Virus record (IMG/VR): IMGVR_UViG_3300028886_000031
Coordinates: 88,485 to 152,484 of that record
Direction: 5' to 3' (one strand)
DNA: 64,000 nucleotides
Origin: a virus
Lineage: Duplodnaviria; Heunggongvirae; Uroviricota; Caudoviricetes
Shown here: positions 9,555 through 20,600 of the stretch, one piece after another
How the letters are laid out: the number at the start of each line of letters is the position of its first letter
Position numbering within the stretch: the stretch's first letter is position 1
Program-made: the position numbers and the translations under genes
The notes under the pieces: generated by a model
The model's database searches: none
Seen by the model: only the letters and a program-made list of their open reading frames with translations
What the model was told of the DNA's origin: nothing

Positions 9555-10137
9555 TATGCACCAAAGAACTTGGATATATTCCAAGAAGGATAGAAAATAC
9601 TTAGATATTCATGAGATAGATGAATATGATAGTTATTGCTTTCCTCCATTGTATACGGGACGGTATTATGATCTATTTGCTGTCTTGGCTGGAGTAAGAG
9701 GATATAGACTTCAAATTCCGGAAAAATATGTTTCTGGATATGGAGTTCCGGACTTTGCATCTAAGATTTTTAAGAAGATGTATGAAGAATGTCCTTTTCA
9801 TAGTGCTATATGGTTCTATCCAAAGGATCTAGATAATGCCTTGGATGACAGAATTGAACTTCTCGAAGGAATGAGGATAAAATATAAGAATCTTAAAAAG
9901 AAGTATCCAAAAAATTGGTATTTTCATTGGAATGATAGTATAGATGTTGATTCCGATGAATATGATAACGATGATTATGTATGGTATGATCCGGATGATG
10001 AGTATTTATTAAAAACTCTTAGAGATATTAAAGAAAAACTTCAGAAATATATTGTCAAAGATGATCCAGAAGTAGAATGGAAGACAAAATTTTACGATCC
10101 AACAAAAACAGTAATATGTTTTTACTTTGATTCGTAA
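9544..10137 (+). CDS. Conserved phage hypothetical protein (MGCDxH type)
   Basis: MGCDMH start with AAGGAG; RYYDLFAVLAGVR and terminal FYFDS resemble a widespread phage family. Confidence 0.7.
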   Translation: MGCDMHQRTWIYSKKDRKYLDIHEIDEYDSYCFPPLYTGRYYDLFAVLAGVRGYRLQIPEKYVSGYGVPDFASKIFKKMYEECPFHSAIWFYPKDLDNALDDRIELLEGMRIKYKNLKKKYPKNWYFHWNDSIDVDSDEYDNDDYVWYDPDDEYLLKTLRDIKEKLQKYIVKDDPEVEWKTKFYDPTKTVICFYFDS

Positions 10138-10154
10138 TAGAGAGATGGCACAAT

Positions 10155-11402
10155 ATGCAACTGAGTAAAGATCAACAGGATGCAATATCCACGATTTTGG
10201 ATTGGTATAAATCACCTACACGCAAGCAATATATAACTCTAGGTGGTTATGCGGGTACTGGTAAAACGACTGTTATAGCCGAATTACGCAGCCTTTTACC
10301 TGTGGATTTAAAAGTTGCATATTGTGCCTATACAGGCAAGGCAACATCTGTTCTCAGGAATAAACTTCTTAAGAACAAGTCCATATATAAAGATGATAAA
10401 ACTGGAACAATTCATTCTTTGATATACGAACCTATACTTCAAGGTGATGAAATTATAGGATGGAGAAAACAACCAGTTTTGGAATATGATCTAATTATCG
10501 TAGATGAAAGCAGTATGGTTTCTAGAGATATATTTGATGATCTATTATCTTATGGGAAACCTATTATATGTATTGGAGATCATGGTCAATTGCCGCCAAT
10601 TTCTGATGATGATTTTAATTTAATGTCTAATCCAGAAATTAGACTAGAGATTATACATAGATATGATAACTCGGAAGAATCACCATTGTTAAAGATATCA
10701 GAAATTGCTAGAAAAGATGGTTTTATTAAGTATGGTATCTATGGTGATAATGTTTTGAAAGTAAAACCTAAAGAATCTGGATTTATTACTCAGTTCGTAA
10801 AAATGATGGGTAATTTTGAAAATTCATTTTGTGTTGTTGGATTTAACAACACAAGAATACAAATGAATAGAAAATTTAGAACTTGGCTCAAGAGACCGGA
10901 TTGTCCTCTTGTTGGGGATAGAATTATATGTTTAAGAAATAATAAAAACGCAACAGATATTCCAATTTACAATGGTATGATTGGAACATTAACTGAAAAA
11001 TTTTCTTGTGAAAAATTTTATGATGTATCTTGTAGGTTTGATGGTGAAACAGAGTTATACAAGGGATATATAAATAAGAACAATTTTAATGCAGAGAAAC
11101 AACCGCCAATGGAGTATGTTTACAAAAGTGAAATACTTAAATGGAAGAAACAAAATAGTGTAGGCGATTATTATAGTGTTAATAACAACATTATAAGAAA
11201 AAAAGAGAGAATAGCATTAGATAATTTTGATTACGCATATGCCATTACATGCCATAAATCACAAGGTAGTGAAATGGAAAATGTAATGGTATTAGAACAG
11301 AAGTGTTCTTATTGGTCCAGTGATGATATGTGGAGAAGATGGTTATATACAGCAGTAACAAGAAGTCGTAAAAATCTATTAATAGTATCTGAAGAGGGTT
11401 AA
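10155..11402 (+). CDS. Dda/RecD-like SF1B DNA helicase
   Basis: GYAGTGKTT, IIVDESSMV, IGDHGQLPPI, YAITCHKSQGSE, WLYTAVTRSR. Confidence 0.93.
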   Translation: MQLSKDQQDAISTILDWYKSPTRKQYITLGGYAGTGKTTVIAELRSLLPVDLKVAYCAYTGKATSVLRNKLLKNKSIYKDDKTGTIHSLIYEPILQGDEIIGWRKQPVLEYDLIIVDESSMVSRDIFDDLLSYGKPIICIGDHGQLPPISDDDFNLMSNPEIRLEIIHRYDNSEESPLLKISEIARKDGFIKYGIYGDNVLKVKPKESGFITQFVKMMGNFENSFCVVGFNNTRIQMNRKFRTWLKRPDCPLVGDRIICLRNNKNATDIPIYNGMIGTLTEKFSCEKFYDVSCRFDGETELYKGYINKNNFNAEKQPPMEYVYKSEILKWKKQNSVGDYYSVNNNIIRKKERIALDNFDYAYAITCHKSQGSEMENVMVLEQKCSYWSSDDMWRRWLYTAVTRSRKNLLIVSEEG

Positions 11403-11404
11403 AA

Positions 11405-11944
11405 ATGAAAGCTACAATGTTAAAGAAAAGAGATTGCATAAACATTAAGGATTTAACTGATCCTATTGTTTTGAAGCGTGTAATAGATACGTTGCTGGAT
11501 CCAAAGAATCCAGATTCTAACAAGATAAGAAAAGAAGTTATTAAAAACATATCTCATATAATTCAAAAAGACGATGCCTTTATTACAACAATTAAGGGTC
11601 TCGTTGTTGATAAGGCTGAAAATGTTACAAAGGATATTGTTAAGGAAACCATAGAAGAATCTAAGGAATATCTTACAAATGCTCTTGTTAACACAATTAA
11701 TTTTCAGGCACAGGATTATTTTGAGGACAAGAGAAAATTTGTAGATAATGTTCTGAAGAAAACGATTAATGATTGTATAAGAGATATACTTACAGAAACA
11801 AAGAAAGTTATAGAAAAAGGAAATAAAAAACTGAAAGATAATATCAGTGATAAAAAATCTACCAGTATAGATGTACCTTTGGAGCATTTGTCTGAAGTAA
11901 GAAATTATGTTCAATTTCTTTCGTCTCAGAAACAAATAAAATGA
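11405..11944 (+). CDS. Hypothetical helical protein
   Basis: 179-aa ORF, GAGG upstream. Confidence 0.7.
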   Translation: MKATMLKKRDCINIKDLTDPIVLKRVIDTLLDPKNPDSNKIRKEVIKNISHIIQKDDAFITTIKGLVVDKAENVTKDIVKETIEESKEYLTNALVNTINFQAQDYFEDKRKFVDNVLKKTINDCIRDILTETKKVIEKGNKKLKDNISDKKSTSIDVPLEHLSEVRNYVQFLSSQKQIK

Positions 11945-11984
11945 TAGAAAAAATTAATAATAGTTTTCTATTGTCAAAAGCTTT

Positions 11985-12131
11985 ATGATAAAGATTAGTT
12001 TAGATCAAAAAAGTTGTCCGTATTGTGAAATTAAAAATGATAGACCAATTTGTAAGAAAACTGGCAAACTGTGCTGTCATTTAAATTGTCCATACGATCA
12101 AGAAGAACAGGATGACGGATACAATCGTTAA
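11985..12131 (+). CDS. 48-aa Cys-rich small protein (MIKISLDQKSCPYCEIKNDRPICKKTGKLCCHLNCPYDQEEQDDGYNR)
   Basis: Manual translation; CxxC plus further Cys; possible Zn-binding. Confidence 0.55.
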   Translation: MIKISLDQKSCPYCEIKNDRPICKKTGKLCCHLNCPYDQEEQDDGYNR

Positions 12132-12160
12132 TCATATTGTCTTTTGCCTAAAGGTTTAAT

Positions 12161-13486
12161 ATGGTTAAGGGAAAGAATTCGTTTTATAGTTCTAACGCTG
12201 GATATTTTAAAGTGGAATTCAAATGTCCAGGTGCTAAATATTTAGAAGCCAACTTTAGAACAATAAGGATTAATAATCAGATTGATAGGCATTTTCCTCT
12301 TGTTTTTTTGGAATTTTTTATAGATAATCAGGTATTCATCGAATATAATTTATATCCTCAGAGTGAAATTACAATGCTTCTGTACTATTCGGATGAAGAT
12401 AACAAAATATTTGGTCAACCACTTATATTCAATCTGGTTATACTGGAGATGAATGTAGATCTTCCACAAAAATACATTAATAACGTTACTGCTACACAAA
12501 CTGCTGATATTCAGAGACAAAAAACAATTATAACATGTGTTCCAAAACAATGTCATGAATTGTTAAACGTAACAATTAATGGAATGTGGGAGAATCCAGT
12601 AACTGTACAAGGTGCAGTTATGGGAGTTATTGGAGAGGTAAATCCAAAATCTAAAATAGTTGACACTAGAAAAATGAATACATCTCTTCTAGAGCAATTT
12701 ATTATTCCACCTATGTCGTTTAAAAATTTCTTTACATACATGGACGAAACTTATGGAATATATAAAGGAAAATTATTCTATTATGTTAATTATAATGGAA
12801 CTTTTATGATGTGGGAACTAAAAACAAAATGGGATGATTTTGGTGATGGTGGATTATATACAGTTCATAAAATGCCTTCCTATTCCACATCAGATGCAGT
12901 ATATACAATTCCGGCACAACTAGCTAGAAGTACACCGAATAATTATATCACATATAATAATATAAAAACAATATGTATGACAAATGATCCATTTGTCCCG
13001 GATGGTGGTCAACAATTACATGTATTTCACCCAAATTGGGATATCTCTAAACTTGTAGTATCAGATCCAATCGGAGAGGCTACAACATACGGAATACATT
13101 CTAGTAAAAAAGATTTAAAAACGAATAATGGAATTTTAAAAAAGAGAATATGTGCATTTGATCATAATCTCGGTGACGAGAATGGATCTACATATGATAA
13201 GTATATCACAGCTAATTACATAGATCCAGCTTATAAGATGAATTTTGTTTACTTAACATTATTGAGAAAGATTAAGCCACATATTGTAATGAAAGTTGGG
13301 CAACCATTTTATTTAAAAACATATGCTGAACAAGAGAAATATCCAAATTCTGATTATGAAGGAAAATACCTTATAACAGAATCTATATTAAAGTTAACAA
13401 GGGATCAAGGACCACAGATGGGTCATGATACCGTTTTTGCTACATGCGAGATAACAGCAGTTAGAACTAGTCAATCACACAAATAA
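12161..13486 (+). CDS. Putative baseplate hub protein (gp27/gpD-like)
   Basis: C-terminal YEGKYLITESILKLTR...CEITAVRTS fits the hub pattern G.YLI..V.H...T.L...R; size 441 aa. Confidence 0.5.
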   Translation: MVKGKNSFYSSNAGYFKVEFKCPGAKYLEANFRTIRINNQIDRHFPLVFLEFFIDNQVFIEYNLYPQSEITMLLYYSDEDNKIFGQPLIFNLVILEMNVDLPQKYINNVTATQTADIQRQKTIITCVPKQCHELLNVTINGMWENPVTVQGAVMGVIGEVNPKSKIVDTRKMNTSLLEQFIIPPMSFKNFFTYMDETYGIYKGKLFYYVNYNGTFMMWELKTKWDDFGDGGLYTVHKMPSYSTSDAVYTIPAQLARSTPNNYITYNNIKTICMTNDPFVPDGGQQLHVFHPNWDISKLVVSDPIGEATTYGIHSSKKDLKTNNGILKKRICAFDHNLGDENGSTYDKYITANYIDPAYKMNFVYLTLLRKIKPHIVMKVGQPFYLKTYAEQEKYPNSDYEGKYLITESILKLTRDQGPQMGHDTVFATCEITAVRTSQSHK

Positions 13487-13493
13487 TATTCAA

Positions 13494-14666
13494 TTACTCA
13501 TTTAGACCTTTTTTTCCAGCTTTTTGTTGAGTTGTTGAACCTCTATTTGATGGATTATTATTTTGTGAAGTATTCGCTGAGCTGCTAGTATCAGCAGGAG
13601 ATGAATTACTATTAGAACTTCCACCGCTGCCATATTTTCCTACAGATCCTGGTTTTCCTGTAGAATTTGGCTTTCCTTTTCGCATTCCTTCGCTATCACG
13701 TTTAACTGTTGGAATTGACTCACTTTTTGGTGCTGGGCAATTAACCATAACAGAATAGCAATTTTGTATAGACATTCTTATATCTATTATGTTTGGTCTT
13801 CCATCGGCGGCAAAGTCACCTTCATCACCACCTTTGATTACACTTAAATTGGAACAAAAAGCCATTGGCATATGCAAGACGCCATCTATTTTAAAGTCGA
13901 ATATATATGGCCATGTATATAATATCCCATCTTTTGATTTTGGAGTTACAAGCAATTGTAATGCTGCTAATGGTGCTAATATATTATTTTCATAATCTCT
14001 TGTTTCTAGATTATAATAGCAATATAATCTCGTATTTAATTCGTATGATTGTTGGTAAGAACAGTTCTTCCACATCTGAGGCCAATTTACTTTAGACCAA
14101 GGACTTTTAGCAACTTCTCCTAGCTTTTCTAATGCTGCACCAATTCCTTCGTTTCCAGCAGATTTCATCTTAGCACCTTGTTGAATAGCCCAATCTGTAG
14201 CACTTTTATATGCTCCAGTTAATTTGCTAGCTAATCCTCCAAATAATGGACTATCTTTCGCTAAGTCTTTAGCCATTTGATCTAATTGATCTGTATCTCT
14301 AATTCCTGATATTAATGCTAATTCGGCTCCAGCACCTCCCATAAGAGATCTACCGGCGCCGCCAAAGATTTCGGAGTCACCAAATTGATTAGAATATGTT
14401 TCAGTTACAGATTGTGGATTCGATATAACAATTCTTAGAACTTTTCCTTTCATGGAATGACCAGCAGCATCAAGATCTGTCTCAAAATCACCAAACGCAT
14501 CTTGTGGTTGATATATATTTCCGTCTTTATCTATTTTAGATTTACATGGCTTAATTTCAGCAATAACCATTTTAGAATCTAGATGATTTTTGAACTCCAT
14601 GGTTTCAGTACCCATTTTATTAAGCTGAGATCCTGGATATCCAATATAATCTTGTATTTGACCCAT
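13494..14666 (-). CDS. Baseplate tail-tube cap/initiator (T4 gp48-like)
   Basis: YTWPYIFDF...FCSNLSV.KGG..GDF..DGRPNIIDIRMSIQ pattern; directly downstream of the tape measure gene. Confidence 0.6.
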   Translation of the reverse strand: MGQIQDYIGYPGSQLNKMGTETMEFKNHLDSKMVIAEIKPCKSKIDKDGNIYQPQDAFGDFETDLDAAGHSMKGKVLRIVISNPQSVTETYSNQFGDSEIFGGAGRSLMGGAGAELALISGIRDTDQLDQMAKDLAKDSPLFGGLASKLTGAYKSATDWAIQQGAKMKSAGNEGIGAALEKLGEVAKSPWSKVNWPQMWKNCSYQQSYELNTRLYCYYNLETRDYENNILAPLAALQLLVTPKSKDGILYTWPYIFDFKIDGVLHMPMAFCSNLSVIKGGDEGDFAADGRPNIIDIRMSIQNCYSVMVNCPAPKSESIPTVKRDSEGMRKGKPNSTGKPGSVGKYGSGGSSNSNSSPADTSSSANTSQNNNPSNRGSTTQQKAGKKGLNE

Positions 14667-14678
14667 ATAATAAACCTT

Positions 14679-17600
14679 TTATTTTACAATGCCTACACTT
14701 TCAATCATTCTATATGTCTGATCTACATCGTAATTATTAATAACTGTTCCGCCATGTTGTGATCCACCGGATGTAATATTTTTAACTATGTTTATATTAC
14801 TGCTATTAATTGCTTGAATAGATTTTTGTAATTGTTTTTCAATTTGTTCACTTGTTCCTTCTGTTGTTCTGGATTGTGAAACAGTAGACATGGATTCTGT
14901 GTTAAGTGCCATTATTCTAGGATTAACATTATAATTTGGAACAATTTCACCATTAATTATAGCAACGCCTTTTTGAATTCCATTTGAAACACTAGCACCA
15001 ACATTACTAATAGCATTTCCAGCAGTATTAAAAGTACTTTGAATTCCATTCATAATGGAATTTCTAGCATTATTTGTACTATTAACTATTCCTGTGATGC
15101 CATTAGATATAGAAGATCCTGTTTTATTAATAATGTTAGATCCAGAATTTAACATATTACTAAAGAGTGACCCAAATGAACTAGATGTTGTAGATATAGC
15201 TTGTGATACTTTCGATCCCATATCGTTATTTGCACCAGAAACGTTATTACTGCTATTAATTATCTGCATATGTTGATTATATATATCTTGTGCATATTTA
15301 GATAATATTTGATTACGACTATTTGTGATCATCTTAGGAGTCCAATCTGGATGGTCCTTCTTTAATTTTTCGTCTAGTAACTTCTGATAGTCTCTTATTG
15401 AATATAATGATCTAGTTCCAGTTTTCTTAGCACTATATTTTGAAGCAATTGATTTCACATTTTCCTGGAGATATTTGAAATATTCTTGTTCATCTGATTG
15501 TGAAATTTGCGCTACGGATTTAGCACTACTTGAAAGTGAACTGCTGCTAGAATTAGAACTATTAGATTCTGAACTTGTAGATGCTTGTATATTTGATCTG
15601 AATTCAGATACAGCTACATCACTATTAGGTGCTGTCTTCGATTCAGCATTAATACTTGTTATGTTAGAAGTAGAATTATTATTTGTAACTTCGTTTTTAA
15701 CATTATTTGCTGTATTCGATACTGATGTGGATGAAGAAGAACTGCCCGTCATCTTAGCCATTTCTTTCTCATAGATTTCTCTTTCCTTCTCTAATGCACT
15801 TCTATCATTATTACCTCCGGCTAAATATGCTGTTCCTTTCTCCGTGAACATTAGTCTATTTGGACCGCCTTTATAACCAAGACTATCCAAAACTAACATC
15901 TCGAAATTGGAATTTAATTTTCTAATTAAAATATCGGAGATTGTTCCGCGATTATATTCTGGGAATTGTAATAATAACTCTCTATTGTCATCTAAAAATT
16001 TCTTAGTAGCATTTTCTTTAGCTTCAAAATAATTTTGTGATGATTGATATTCTTTAAATGCTTCTGATGCTGACTCTTTTGCTAATTTACTTAATTCTCT
16101 AATTTTAGTTGCTGTATTACCTTTGAACTTAGTTACTTTTGTTGATACATCTGTATAACCACCTTCAGCATATCTTTCTATTTCAAATTTAGATATTTCT
16201 GGATTTTTATATAGATTATCTGTAATCGAAGATATAGAACTAGAATTACTACTAGAACTTATAAAATCGTATATATTATTAGATAAGCCACCTTCGGCAA
16301 ATTGTGCAACATTATTTAGATTGTCAGCAACTAGAGAAGATATTGTATTTATAGCATTACTTGTGGAATTTGTAGATGTTGAGCCACCATTAGCAAAATA
16401 AGTTCTTGGTTTAAATTCTTTCATGACGGCTTTATAACTATCTCCGTCAAATTTTAAATCATAAATTTGTGGAGAACCAGCAGCTTTTAATATTTCAAGA
16501 TAGTTTTCATGAAATGATGCTTTTCCAGTTCCTGTTGTTATATTATTTATGAATTCATAAGGATCTTTTCTACCCATTTTTATAGCTAAGTCGTATAATT
16601 GTTTTTTCATGAACATTTTAGCTATATCATTTTCTATAGAAAATTTACCAGTATCACCACCAACGGAATCATCGTGATTAAAATCTCTACTTATGATATT
16701 TCTTAAAACATCTTCGTTAAATTCTTTTGACATGAGATAAAGTATTCTATCATTATCTCTCATATCATCAGCATTTAAACCATTTTCTTCAGCTATAGAA
16801 TATCTTCTATCTCTAAGAACTTCATTTAAGAAATCTCTTGTAGGTAAATCACCACCATATTTTTCTTGTACAGCTTTTCTAACATATTCTGGATAATTAT
16901 AAGATGACCAATTATGTGGAACAATTTCTGTAGATGATGTATTTAAAACATATCCTGGTGCTACAGGATGTAAAAATGCAGTAGCTGGATCTTGAGACTT
17001 TTTCCATTGTCTAATACGATATTCTTCATCTAATTTAGCCATAAGTCTATTCGATGTTATACCAGCATTTTTTCTTCCGCCAACATTATATAAACAATAA
17101 TAATATTTCTGTTCTAATTCTGAATCGGAGAGTTTTTCAATATCTTTCTCTGTAAGACCATTATGTGTTTGATTTAATATCCAATCATTTGATTTCTTAG
17201 TTTGTGTAGATCTTGGACTATTTTTTGTTAAAGAATTTTGTGTAATATTAGTCTTTGAATTATCAATGGAATTTGAAGATGAGGATACTAACTTTCCATT
17301 TCTTGTGTGTTCTTCAGAAATTGTTGTTACATCATAATTTATAAATGTTGGCTTGTTAGGATCTGGAAGGCCTTCTGTTAAACCTCCTTTAGCAAATTTC
17401 TTTGTATTTTTATCTTTCTTTTTTTCTGGACTATTAACTAGCAATCCACCAGCAGCTTCAATTACACCGACTTGGTTAGCCATAGCGTCAGCTATTCCTT
17501 TTTCTTGTTCATATCTCTTTTCATCCATTGGATTTCCATCGATATCTCTTGCTTCGGCTTCAGATCTCAATTCATCTGAAGCATTTGATGCCAATTCTGA

Positions 17601-20600
17601 TAAAGGTGCTATTGGTTTATTTGCTGCTGTTTTCTCTTTCACTATTGGTGATTCTGCTACAGCTTTAGCCATACCTGCTGCTTCACCTACTGCTTGGGAA
17701 GAAGATTTATTATCTGTAGGAGGTGTCTTTGTACCTCCCATCTGATTTAATCTGGCCTTTAACTCTGCAGTTGATACATAAGGTTCATCCATGGAAACAG
17801 TTGCTTTATGGAACAATGATCCTTTTTCATACTTTACTTGTGAAGCGAATTCTGGGTGAAGTTTTAAGAAATCCTCACCATAATGCCTCATATTCATCCC
17901 GTTAGTTGGTTCGAAATATACAGAATCTTGAGTATAGTTAAAATCATTTGCTGAAGGAAGGTGTCTATCATAAGCATCCTGAAGAGTATAGAATTCTTCC
18001 AGTTCCTTCCACATGTTAGCGTATTTAGCTTTTATTTCTTGTTCTCTCTTTAACGCTTCCTGATATTCTTTGGATTCTTTGCCATATCTACCACCTACGT
18101 ATGCTGTAGACTTTTGACCACCATCACCTTCCATGATCTCTTTGAATTCAAGTTGATTTAAATCACGCCTTCTATCCTCTAAGAATCTTTCTGGATTTCT
18201 ATAAATTCCTGGTCCAGACATTTTATAATCTGTAAAGAAAATATCTTTGAGACTGAAATTCGTTTTAAGACCTTTATATTTCTCTTTTAGTTCCTTAATT
18301 CTATCTAGCTTATAGTCTTCGTCATATCTTCCTTGAGCATACTGTAGATATTGATCACGAAATGCTGATAACTGCTTGCCTTTGTTTGTTTGTGCAAACT
18401 GTGTGAAAATGTCTTTTAAATCACTCTTGTATTTAAAACCTAACCCTACTTCATTCTTATCATGAGACCAAACATTTCCCTGGAATCTATCTAATAATAA
18501 TGAAGTTTTTTCGTCTGTAGATTGCAGACCATTTAGTCCAGCTGTATATGATAAATTTTCTAAAGGTATTTTATATTTAGTCTTTAATGATTCTAATTCT
18601 TTGGTTTCTTCTGGTGATAACTTTTCCTTTTTGGCAAGTTCTTCTAGCCTTTGAATATCCGTATATTTATCATATAATGCTTTTTCTTCTGGATGTTCTT
18701 CAAAATATTTAGAGTTCTTTTCTAATCCGTCTTTTATAAATTCTGATTTCTGTATATCCTGATCAGATAAGTGTGATTTTAACTTATATTGATTATCCTC
18801 TGCATACTTTCTAAATCTGTCTTCTAATTTATGTATGCTCTTATGTACACCATTTTCTTTATCAGCAAATGGATCAGCTACTGGCTCTGGAATATTTGGC
18901 ACTGATGATAATTTCACTTCTGGTGGCTTTATGCCTATTAATTCTGGCTTTATTAATTTTGCTTCAACTTTTGGCTTAATTGATGCTGCTGTCTGAGTTA
19001 CGCCGGCGGATTTTGGAAGTTTTTTAGGTAGTTCAGCATTTTCTGATAGACCAAGTTTCTTCTCTACTTCTCTTCTCTTCTTTATTAAAACAGTTGACCA
19101 TATATCCTGTGCTTGTGCCTCGATATGTTCTCTAGCATCTTCGTCCATTATTCCATTAGCGTCTAATAATTGCTTAACATATTCCTCGTATTCTGCGGAT
19201 CCTACTTTATTTCTTGTTATATGATCTTCTGTAATGAATTTATCAACATTCTTCTCTAATGCCGGATATATAACATTCTTTTTAATTAGGGAAATTTCTG
19301 TTCTATCTTTTCTTGAAAATGCCGTTTTCTTTCCAGCGTCAACAGACGGAGGTTTCGGAGTATCTGATTCATTCTCAGAAAATGGAAACTCTGGAGTAGG
19401 ACGGCCCATATCCTCTACTTCCGATCGTAACTGTTCAATTTCCCCAGCTTCAATTCTATTTTTTGGACCTTCTTTTTCACGTTTTTCTAATTCAGCTTTT
19501 TTCTGTTCATATACAGATGGTGCTTCTCTGTCTGGTTCCTCTGCTTCGCTACCGTAATAAATGGATGCTTCCTCTTGAAGTTGTTTATCTTCATTTAAAG
19601 CACTAATTAATGGTTCCTTAGTAGTGTTCGACTGAAGGAATTCAGATACTTTTTCATCAAATTTCGGTCTCTTTATTTTACCATCTCTATAATCCTGAGA
19701 AAATTTTCTCAAATCGAAATTTTCATCTTCAAAAAGACTATGCACATATTGTGCTTCATCTCCATTGAATGTATATTCCAACTTCGAGAGTTCCTCAATA
19801 GTTTTTAGCTCTTCTTTTGTTAATTGACCGCCATTAGCTTTTTTTGTTCTAGCACGATTTAATGCTAATCTTTGTTCTGGATTCATTAAATCAATTACTG
19901 TACTTACAACAGTTCTATTGTCATTTTTATCTCTTCCATATCTACTCAAAACATTAGCGTTGAGACTAGAGAAGAGTTCTCTGGAATCACCTGATATTGG
20001 CTTATCGCTTAAATATTTTTTCCTGGCTCCTAGAATACCAGTTCCTTTTACAATATTTCCATCTTTATCTTTTTTACCTTCTAAGTACTCTAATTCTTTT
20101 TGGATTTGTTTAAGCCGTTCTGGTGAGCCATTCGGGTCACCATTTTCTGCGGAAGCCCTTAGAGAATTTTCTTCTTCTTTTAATCGTTCTATTTCTTGTG
20201 TCAATTCGTTTTCTAATTCTTTATCTTCTACTTTGGAAGTTATATATTTACCAGCTCTAGAATGAAAATCTGTCCATTCAAAATCTGGCTCAAGTAGTCC
20301 AGAAATTGCATCTTTTGCTTTTACACCGAGATCTTTAGCAGCATCTAAACCTTTTTGACCCCATTGTTTTAATGGAAGATCTTGTAATGTGTCTACTAAT
20401 TTATCTAATTTATCAGACATCTCCTTTAGATACTTGTTGCCTTTTACTTCTTCTTTAGCAATTACATTTGTGGCATTAGCAGTAGTTTGCTCTGGAGAAC
20501 TATTTTCCGATCCATCCCTCGGAGTAGTTCCTCCGCCAGTCTTAAACATTTCTAATTCTGAAGGTTTAAATCCAACATGCTTGAAGTTTTTGGCTACTTC

